From assembly GCA_046570105.1 (NCBI GenBank), contig JBKHVI010000062.1, positions 1-14,520 of the forward strand: a DNA stretch of 14,520 bases, read 5' to 3'. Position 1 is the first letter of the stretch. Every line of letters begins with the position of its first letter. Below the pieces are notes generated by a model. That model was given only the letters and a program-made list of their open reading frames with translations, searched no databases and was not told the origin of the DNA. Origin of the DNA: Bacteriovoracia bacterium. GTDB lineage: Bacteria; Bdellovibrionota; Bacteriovoracia; Bacteriovoracales; Bacteriovoracaceae. The position numbers and the translations under genes are program-made. Below are positions 8,282 to 14,520 of the stretch, piece by piece.

Positions 8282-8882
8282 ATAATATCCATCCCCGAGG
8301 TGAGTCCAAGAAACTCACCTCGCTGATTCTTCTTAATATCACCGTCACTCTCTTCTCCTTTGCCAACTTCTTTAAATCTCGCACCAAGCCCAACGATGAG
8401 TACCCGTCGACATATGCCTTTTTCAATCCAGAATGTATTTGTTCATTAAATAAGACGTAATGAACGGCATTTCGGGTTTCACGAATAGAACGCAAAATAT
8501 GCAAATGATAGCGCTCTAGCTGTACCCGTCCCTTCCCTAAACCTTTGGCGATGGTCACCGTTAGGGAGCGCATGCCTCTTGTTAGGATGGCGTTGTCCTG
8601 CGCTTCGAGAATCAAATGGATGTGATTACTTTGCAGCGAAAAGTGAATCACTCTCAGACCCTTTTTACGGGCGTTAAGAATCGCCCTTTTCAAAAGACTA
8701 AGGCCCCTCTTGTGGCGAATGGTTGTGCAGTATTTGAAATTCACATGCATGGCATGTCTCATTTGAACTTTTTCCCGCACTCGGTGGGCGACACCTTTAG
8801 AATGAATGCGCTTTCGACCAGACCCAGGCCTTCTGCCGCCGCGTGATCCTTTATAGAGATTGAGTTTGAGTTGTTTTGCCAT
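8247..8882 (-). CDS. Y1 HUH transposase (RAYT/IS200-like), 211 aa
   Basis: HUH motif [14 protein letters not shown], candidate catalytic Tyr in HYVLFN, and YSS. GGAGG SD before ATG 8882. The stop codon lies inside scoB on the antisense strand. Confidence 0.88.
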   Translation of the reverse strand: MAKQLKLNLYKGSRGGRRPGSGRKRIHSKGVAHRVREKVQMRHAMHVNFKYCTTIRHKRGLSLLKRAILNARKKGLRVIHFSLQSNHIHLILEAQDNAILTRGMRSLTVTIAKGLGKGRVQLERYHLHILRSIRETRNAVHYVLFNEQIHSGLKKAYVDGYSSLGLVRDLKKLAKEKRVTVILRRISEVSFLDSPRGWILSRTSSQVHWPE

Positions 8883-8975
8883 TATGCCTCCGATTGAATG
8901 GGGCATATGTAAAACGTCTAAGAATTGAAGAAAATGAAAAGGGATTAGAAATTTAAAGTTAATTCAGAATTGAAT
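8286..8975 (-). mobile_element. HUH/Y1 transposase element, copy 1 (IS200/IS605-superfamily or RAYT-like)
   Basis: Aligns with 13145-13815 with a single 19-bp gap. Contains a Y1 transposase ORF and hairpins near both ends. No terminal inverted repeats. Ends are approximate. Confidence 0.8.
8296..8322. repeat. Perfect subterminal hairpin of element copy 1
   Basis: CGAGGTGAGT-ccaagaa-ACTCACCTCG (10-bp stem, 7-nt loop). Confidence 0.9.
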
Positions 8976-8984
8976 CTAACTATA

Positions 8985-9031
8985 GCCGCCTCTCGCCTCC
9001 TGGCTCCGGCGGCATACCGTCCCTCCTGGAC
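8985..9031 (-). repeat. Two GC-rich hairpins with AGGA loops (REP-like or CsrA-site-like)
   Basis: Minus strand: GTCC-AGGAG-GGAC, then GCCGCC-GGA-GCC-AGGA-GGC-GAGA-GGCGGC. CCAGGAGG occurs twice. Confidence 0.55.
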
Positions 9032-9033
9032 AT

Positions 9034-9066
9034 AAAATAAAAGCCCCTCATAGAGGGGCTATTTTT
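9034..9066. terminator. Intrinsic terminator, probably bidirectional
   Basis: AAAATAAA-AGCCCCTC-ATA-GAGGGGCT-ATTTTT, directly after the stop of the PilZ gene. Confidence 0.85.
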
Positions 9067-9784
9067 ATCCTAAAAGCTCAGCTAGTCGCTGCACCGATCG
9101 ATTCACTTCTACCCAAATAGCATCTTCCTCTGAAGGTCTTAAGCCTTCAAATTTGAAGGCCAAGCGAATCCAATCCGGCTGGTCTTTGTTTTCAATCACA
9201 TTCACAAGAGTCACTTTGGGAATTTGAAATTTTTTAACGTTATACTTTAACTCAACTTGCTCAAAGACCATGCCCTTCTGCATTCCCTCTACCGAGCCTT
9301 TTTTGACTAGGGCCGAGAAACCACCTGAAGAGATATCGAAACAATCGAATGCATGACCCGATAAATTGACATTAATGCGATCAGTGTCAGTGGGAGAATA
9401 ACGACAAGTCGTACGCTTGGTTGTCACAAAAAATGGTTGCCCTAAAAGGACGACAAATTTGTTAAGACCAGCATTAAATTCGATTGGACCCGAAGTGAAA
9501 AATTGCGCGTCGACTGAGAACTTAAATTTTAAGAACACACTTAAGTTTTTAAACTTGTCTTTGAAAATTTCAAAATAAGTCGGATCAACATCTAAGACGA
9601 CACACTTAAAATTATTATCGGCCGAAGCTTGATAAAGGATACTGACGCTGTAAGGCTCAGACTGACCACTGCGCCACAAAAAGCCTTCCGGCTGAGTTTT
9701 CTTAACCTTTGGCCAAAACTCCGTAGGAATTTCTTCATCATTCATTTGGCGTAAAAAGGTCTTGCTATTATCGTTGATCGACAT
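9065..9784 (-). CDS. PilZ-domain protein (putative c-di-GMP receptor)
   Basis: RxxxR (KRTTCR) followed by DxSxxG (DISSGG), and a C-terminal RLAFKF strand. Confidence 0.8.
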   Translation of the reverse strand: MSINDNSKTFLRQMNDEEIPTEFWPKVKKTQPEGFLWRSGQSEPYSVSILYQASADNNFKCVVLDVDPTYFEIFKDKFKNLSVFLKFKFSVDAQFFTSGPIEFNAGLNKFVVLLGQPFFVTTKRTTCRYSPTDTDRINVNLSGHAFDCFDISSGGFSALVKKGSVEGMQKGMVFEQVELKYNVKKFQIPKVTLVNVIENKDQPDWIRLAFKFEGLRPSEEDAIWVEVNRSVQRLAELLG

Positions 9785-9898
9785 GTCTCTTATTTTAACT
9801 GGCTCTCAGATTTTCGCTACGAAAAACCGCCATCCGACATGATTGCTTGGTTAATCTTCCCCACTGTGAAATTCATCAGTTTGAACTAGAATAAACTC

Positions 9899-10990
9899 AT
9901 GAAGCAACGAATTGTAGTAAAGATCGGTTCACTAGGTGTCAGTTTGCTGAATGGCGGCGTAGATGAGAAGCGACTGCAAAATCTTGTCGATGACCTCCTG
10001 ACGCTCAAACAAGCAGGCCATGAGGTTGTACTCGTCAGCTCTGGGGCCATCAATGCTGGCCGCCCTCTGCTTCCTAAACCTGAAGACAAATACCAGAGCT
10101 TATCTTGGCAACAATCCTGCGCTGCTATCGGAATGCCACTCTTGATGGGCCACTACCTCAAGGCGTTTAAGCAGCAAGCCGTTGCTCAAGTATTAGTGAC
10201 TCACGATGACTTTAAGGCCCGTGAACGCTTTCTCAACGTACGAAATACCTTACTGACTTTGTTGAATCACAATGTCTTACCGATAATCAATGAGAACGAT
10301 ACTGTTTCAACGAAAGAAATCTCTGTTGGAGACAACGATCAATTGGCGGCGATGGTAGCCGAAGCGATTGAAGCTCATCGCTTAATCCTTCTCACTGAAG
10401 CTGACGGTCTTTTTGACCGTGACCCGCGAGATAAAGAAGCGATTCACTTTCCTGTCATCGATTTCCGTGAAGATTTTCAAGGCATCAAACTCTCAACGAA
10501 AACGGGAGTTGGCCGTGGCGGAATGCTGACGAAGCTTGAAGCGGTACGACGACTCACTCCTTTGGGCCAAGACGTTACCATTGCTACATTCGATGTGGCC
10601 CAACCAGTGAGCAGAGCACTTAAAGGGGCAGGAACTTTATTTAAGGGTGACCCCAGAGAAAAAGTTAAAAAGCGCCTGGCCTGGATCGCGAGCGTGGTAA
10701 GACCGGCCTGTTCAATTGTTGTTGACGAAGGTGCCGCCAAAGTTCTCCAAGCTGGAAAATCTTCTTTGCTTCCCGTTGGCGTAAAAAAAGTGATGGGAAG
10801 TTTTAGGCGTGGTGATGTCGTAGCGATAAAGTTCCAACAAAAGACTGTTGCTATGGGCATTGTTGAATACGACGCCAAAGATGTCATACGGATGGCAGGT
10901 AAAAAAAGCCAAGAACTCACGACCCTCTTTGAAACTGTGCCTTCCCTAGTCGTCATTCACAAAGACAATCTTTTTGTCCCTAAAGGATAG
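9899..10990 (+). CDS. proB: Glutamate 5-kinase with PUA domain
   Basis: IVVKIGS, VSSGAI, PIINEND, GDNDQLAA, GRGGMLTKLEA, and PUA-type SLLPVGV...G-x-F-x-x-GD. Confidence 0.95.
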   Translation: MKQRIVVKIGSLGVSLLNGGVDEKRLQNLVDDLLTLKQAGHEVVLVSSGAINAGRPLLPKPEDKYQSLSWQQSCAAIGMPLLMGHYLKAFKQQAVAQVLVTHDDFKARERFLNVRNTLLTLLNHNVLPIINENDTVSTKEISVGDNDQLAAMVAEAIEAHRLILLTEADGLFDRDPRDKEAIHFPVIDFREDFQGIKLSTKTGVGRGGMLTKLEAVRRLTPLGQDVTIATFDVAQPVSRALKGAGTLFKGDPREKVKKRLAWIASVVRPACSIVVDEGAAKVLQAGKSSLLPVGVKKVMGSFRRGDVVAIKFQQKTVAMGIVEYDAKDVIRMAGKKSQELTTLFETVPSLVVIHKDNLFVPKG

Positions 10991-10992
10991 CC

Positions 10993-12228
10993 ATGGCCCT
11001 CTTAAATATCGCTCAAAACGCTAAAGCTTCTACCAAAGAATTAATGGGCAAGACTGAGCTTCAAAGACAGCAGGCGCTCAAAGCGATTGCTAAAAGCTTA
11101 CGAGCAAATACTGATGAAATCATGGCGCAAAATAAAATAGACGTTGATTTGGCCTATCAACAAAAACTCTCCGATGCTCTCATTAATCGTTTGGCCTTAG
11201 GAGCAAAACAAATTGAAGCCATGGCGCGGGCCTGTGAAGAAATCGCGCAATTTCCTCAGGTGGTAGGACAAATTATCTCGGAACAAAAGCGCGCCGATGG
11301 TCTTCTTATTCAAAAACAGCGCATCCCTTTGGGTGTCATTGCCATGGTTTTCGAATCTAGACCCAATGTGGTGATAGATGGAGCGGCCCTCGCCATTAAA
11401 TCAGGCAATGCCATCATCCTTAAAGGTGGCAAGGAAGCCCAGCACTCGAACCGAATTCTGGCAGACATTGTTCAACAGGCCCTCAAAGGACTTATGCCCA
11501 CGGGTTGCATCGCTTTGGTTGAAACCCGTGAAGAGATCAATGAATTATTAAAACTCAGTCAGTATGTAGACTTGATGGTTCCTCGAGGGGGAGAAAAACT
11601 CATCCGTTACGTGAAAGATCACGCCACCATGCCAGTAGTGGCCCATGATCGAGGGCTCTGCCACCTCTACTTACATGCCGATGCCGATCCCAAAAAAGCT
11701 GAAGCGATTGTCATGAATGCCAAAGTTCAGCGTCCCGGTGTATGCAATGCCATGGAAACACTATTGGTGCATACCAACTTCCCCGCAGAAAAACTCAAAC
11801 AAATACTAAGTGAACTTCATAAAGCTGGTGTTGAAATCCACGCCTGTTCGCAATCACAAAAACTGATCCCCCAGCTGATTGCGGCCCAGCCCAACGACTT
11901 TGATACGGAATGGTTAGATCTTAAGATGTCGCTAAAAATGGTTAAAGATGAACAGGAGGCATTGGAGCATATCCAGCGCTATGGCAGTCATCATACAGAA
12001 GCTATCGTGACCGATACTGCGGCAGTTATAGAGCTATTTTTGAACAACATCGACGCCTCGTGCCTCGCCATTAACGCCTCGACCCGCTTTAATGACGGAG
12101 GTGAATTGGGGCTCGGTGCTGAGCTGGGAATTTCAACTTCTAAGCTTCATGCCTACGGACCGATGGGCGCCCAAGAAATGACCACCACTCGCTATGTGGT
12201 GCGTGGTGATGGACACGTAAGGAAATAA
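10993..12228 (+). CDS. proA: Gamma-glutamyl phosphate reductase
   Basis: PLGVIAMVFESRPNV, KSGNAIILKGG, VCNAMET, YGSHHTEAI, NASTRFNDG, ELGISTSKLHAYGPMG. Confidence 0.96.
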   Translation: MALLNIAQNAKASTKELMGKTELQRQQALKAIAKSLRANTDEIMAQNKIDVDLAYQQKLSDALINRLALGAKQIEAMARACEEIAQFPQVVGQIISEQKRADGLLIQKQRIPLGVIAMVFESRPNVVIDGAALAIKSGNAIILKGGKEAQHSNRILADIVQQALKGLMPTGCIALVETREEINELLKLSQYVDLMVPRGGEKLIRYVKDHATMPVVAHDRGLCHLYLHADADPKKAEAIVMNAKVQRPGVCNAMETLLVHTNFPAEKLKQILSELHKAGVEIHACSQSQKLIPQLIAAQPNDFDTEWLDLKMSLKMVKDEQEALEHIQRYGSHHTEAIVTDTAAVIELFLNNIDASCLAINASTRFNDGGELGLGAELGISTSKLHAYGPMGAQEMTTTRYVVRGDGHVRK

Positions 12229-12231
12229 GTT

Positions 12232-12726
12232 ATGCCTTCATTTGATCTAGTTTCGAAACTTGATGCCATGGAATTACAAAACGCACTCCTCACCACAGAG
12301 AAAACGATTCTTGGGCGTTTTGATTTTAAAGGTTCGGAGGCGAAGGCCGAATACAAAGAAAAAGATAAACTGATTGAAATTCGCGCGGAAGACGAAACCA
12401 AAGTCAAAGCAGTCCGCGATATTCTCATGACCAATATGGGTAAGCGCGGACTGGGCCTTAAAGGCCTGGAAGAATCTCCGATTGAGCCCACCGGTATGAA
12501 AATGAAAAAGATGACCATCAAAGTGGTGAGTGGCATCGATAAAGAGAAGGCCAAGATCATCAACAAGCTCTTAAAAGAGAACGGCTCAAAAGTTAAATCG
12601 CAATATATGGATGAAAAATTTCGTCTTGAATCAAAAAACATCGATGATCTGCAAGCGGCTTTTGCACTTCTTAAAAACAGTAAAGAACTTAATATTGATC
12701 TCCAGATGGAGAATATGAAAAGGTAA
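12232..12726 (+). CDS. yajQ: YajQ-family nucleotide/c-di-GMP-binding protein
   Basis: MPSFDLVS, RFDFKGS, GIDKEKAK, KVKSQ and DDLQ motifs; 164 aa. Confidence 0.92.
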   Translation: MPSFDLVSKLDAMELQNALLTTEKTILGRFDFKGSEAKAEYKEKDKLIEIRAEDETKVKAVRDILMTNMGKRGLGLKGLEESPIEPTGMKMKKMTIKVVSGIDKEKAKIINKLLKENGSKVKSQYMDEKFRLESKNIDDLQAAFALLKNSKELNIDLQMENMKR

Positions 12727-12729
12727 CTT

Positions 12730-13143
12730 ATGACACTGCAAGAACAAATCACCAATGATATGAAAGAAGCCATGAAGGCAAAAGACGCTGCGAAACTCAA
12801 TGCTCTTCGTATGCTTAAGGCGGCGTTTATCCATAATAATACTTCCACCAAACCAGCTGACGATCTATCAGTGGCGATTGCCCATGTAAAAAAACTGCAA
12901 GATTCACTTGAGATGTTTCCAGCTGGCTCTCCTCAGCGCACGGAAACTGAAGTAGAAATCAATGCGCTTAAAGGTTATCTCCCGGCGGCCATGAGTGAAG
13001 CTGATGTCGTGAAACTTATTAACGATATCAAAGCAGCAGGTGCTAAAGATATGGGAGCACTCATGAAAGAGTTGCAACCTCAGATCAAAGGTCGCTTCGA
13101 TGGTAAACGTGCCAGTGAACTAGTTAAGGCAGCGCTCGCTTAA
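12730..13143 (+). CDS. yqeY: GatB/YqeY-domain protein
   Basis: DMKEAMKAKD...LRMLKAA, E-x-x-x-L-x-x-YLP, KDMGALM, GRFDGK motifs. Confidence 0.9.
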   Translation: MTLQEQITNDMKEAMKAKDAAKLNALRMLKAAFIHNNTSTKPADDLSVAIAHVKKLQDSLEMFPAGSPQRTETEVEINALKGYLPAAMSEADVVKLINDIKAAGAKDMGALMKELQPQIKGRFDGKRASELVKAALA

Positions 13144-13154
13144 TTATCCATCCT

Positions 13155-13181
13155 CGAGGTGAGTTCAAGAAACTCACCTCG
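13155..13181. repeat. Perfect subterminal hairpin of element copy 2
   Basis: CGAGGTGAGTT-caaga-AACTCACCTCG (11-bp stem, 5-nt loop). Confidence 0.9.
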
Positions 13182-13230
13182 CTGATTCTTCTTAATACCA
13201 CCGTCATTCTCTTCTCCTTTGCTAACTTTT

Positions 13231-13722
13231 TTAAATCCCGCACGACTCCCAACGACGAGTACCCGTCGAGATATGCCTTTGTTCATTAAATAAGACGTAA
13301 TGAACGGCATTTCGTGTTTCTCTTATGGAACGAAGCACATGCAAATGATAGCGCTCTAGCTGTACCCGTCCCTTCCCCAAACCTTTGGCGATGGTCACCG
13401 TTAGGGAGCGCATGCCTCTTGTTAGGATGGCGTTGTCCTGCGCTTCGAGAATCAAATGGATGTGATTACTTTGCAGCGAAAAGTGAATCACATCCAGACC
13501 CTTTTTACGGGCGTTAAGAATCGCCCTTTTCAAAAGACTAAGGCCCCTCTTGTGGCGAATGGTAGTGCGGTATTTGAAATTTACATGCAGGGCGTGTCGT
13601 ATTTGCACATTCTCACGCTCGCGATGAGCGACACCCTTGGAATGTATGCGCTTGCGACCAGAACCAGGTCTTCTACCGCCACGAGTTCCTTGAAAGAGAT
13701 TGAGTTTGAGTTGTTTTGCCAT
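13231..13722 (-). pseudogene. Y1 HUH transposase, frameshifted and truncated (163 aa)
   Basis: A 19-bp deletion at 13280/13281 relative to copy 1 (8422-8440) shifts the frame after YVLFNEQ. The original C-terminal frame is still readable downstream. Confidence 0.85.
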
Positions 13723-13815
13723 AATGCCTCCGTTTGATTGGGGCATATGTAAACCGTCAAAGGATGGGAGAGAACGAAATGTAAGTAGGGTTTTAAAGAA
13801 AATTCAAAAACGAAT

Positions 13816-14520
13816 TCAGCGGTTCTGGCCCGCAGGAGTTCGTGTCGCTTCCAGTGACTCAGTCATTTCCCCTGGAGTGATTTCCCAATTAAGAGCACCT
13901 GGATCTTCTTTACTTAAAAGTACTTCACCCTCAGCATTGAGCAAATTCACATGCCCAAAAGATGTCACTTCCAGCAAGAGATGCTGCCCGTAAAGCATGG
14001 GTCTTAAACCCATTAGTGAACGATTGAATGGAACTTCGAGTTTTTTCTTCAAATTGAGTTCGCTATCAAACAATCTTAGGCTGCCCTCTTCATCATAAGC
14101 AACCCACAGGCCCTGCCCACTCATGACAGGTGCCGAGCTGATAGGACTGTTCGATTTTTTTATCGATTTAATCTGATCAAGTGTGTCTACGAAAAACAAA
14201 TTGCCTGCTTCATTGCCGACATAGATTCCCTGTGAAGTAAGAATCAGTTCACCTAAAGATACGCCTGCAGAGAGTTCTAGTGTTTTTTTCAACTTGAGCT
14301 CAAGATCAAACTCATGTAGATAACCTTTGTCTGTTGCCACAACAACTCTTTCATCCTGAGCGATCAGCTCTACCGATTGAAGCGTCTCGCTAAGTGCAAT
14401 AGATCGATCAATAGCAAGATCGTCATCTAATTTTACTAATTCGACACGCTGATAGCGAGAAACGACCGCCAGGATGGCATCATCAACTGATTTCAAGTGT
14501 TGAATCCAGGCATGAAGAGC
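13816..14520 (-). CDS. Probable beta-propeller (PQQ-like/BamB-type repeat) protein, 5' end outside window
   Basis: Repeating blade-like units VVVATDKGYLHEFD, IYVGNEAGNLFFVD, ISSAPVM and EEGSLRLFD. The frame stays open from 14496 to the window edge. Confidence 0.65.
   Translation of the reverse strand, partial: ALHAWIQHLKSVDDAILAVVSRYQRVELVKLDDDLAIDRSIALSETLQSVELIAQDERVVVATDKGYLHEFDLELKLKKTLELSAGVSLGELILTSQGIYVGNEAGNLFFVDTLDQIKSIKKSNSPISSAPVMSGQGLWVAYDEEGSLRLFDSELNLKKKLEVPFNRSLMGLRPMLYGQHLLLEVTSFGHVNLLNAEGEVLLSKEDPGALNWEITPGEMTESLEATRTPAGQNR

Larger units (their letters stand above)
13145..13815 (-). mobile_element. HUH/Y1 transposase element, copy 2
   Basis: Homologous to 8286-8975. It fills almost exactly the gap between the yqeY stop (13143) and the stop of the convergent gene (13816). 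Confidence 0.8.

Noticed and set aside
8616..8846. Antisense ORF present in both transposase copies (also 13456-13737)
   Set aside because: Its similarity just reflects the DNA repeat. The lengths differ, and substitutions are mostly synonymous in the transposase frame.
8286..9060. Possible CRISPR array, tnpB/omegaRNA locus or tRNA near the elements
   Set aside because: No regularly spaced repeats, no room or ORF for TnpB/IscB, and no cloverleaf or T-loop motif seen.
10477..10956. 159-aa antisense ORF in proB, and similar short ORFs inside scoA/scoB, endonuclease, phosphoesterase and oxidoreductase genes
   Set aside because: Fully nested in confidently assigned genes; consistent with antisense or off-frame shadows.
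12192..12851. 219-aa antisense ORF over yajQ/yqeY
   Set aside because: Ser/Phe/Leu-rich shadow of well-conserved + strand genes, with no recognisable motif.
13700..13993. 97-aa + strand ORF across the end of element copy 2
   Set aside because: Overlaps two minus-strand genes and is not preserved in copy 1.

Overview
Gene-dense bacterial chromosomal window. Gene content and protein style suggest a Bdellovibrionota/Bacteriovoracaceae-like organism, but this is inference only. Genes in order: partial U32-family protein, CoA-binding protein, FAD-linked oxidoreductase, two probable outer-membrane beta-barrels, lipoprotein metallophosphoesterase, RlmM-like methyltransferase, YkgJ-type cysteine-cluster protein, secreted endonuclease I, CoA-transferase A/B, PilZ protein, proB-proA-yajQ-yqeY, and a partial beta-propeller gene. 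The most striking structure is two same-orientation copies (~8286-8975 and ~13145-13815) of a ~0.7 kb element encoding an HUH/Y1 (RAYT/IS200-like) transposase. Both copies sit immediately after the stop codon of a convergent operon, and the intact transposase frame has no stop codon inside the element. Both carry a perfect subterminal hairpin inside the coding sequence and an RBS-covering hairpin, and they show mosaic identity to each other. Copy 2 is frameshifted by a 19-bp deletion. Other notable signals: AGGA-loop hairpins next to copy 1, an apparent ATC start codon behind a strong SD, a 14-bp hairpin covering the scoA SD and AUG, and several possibly leaderless genes. No rRNA, tRNA or CRISPR array was recognised.
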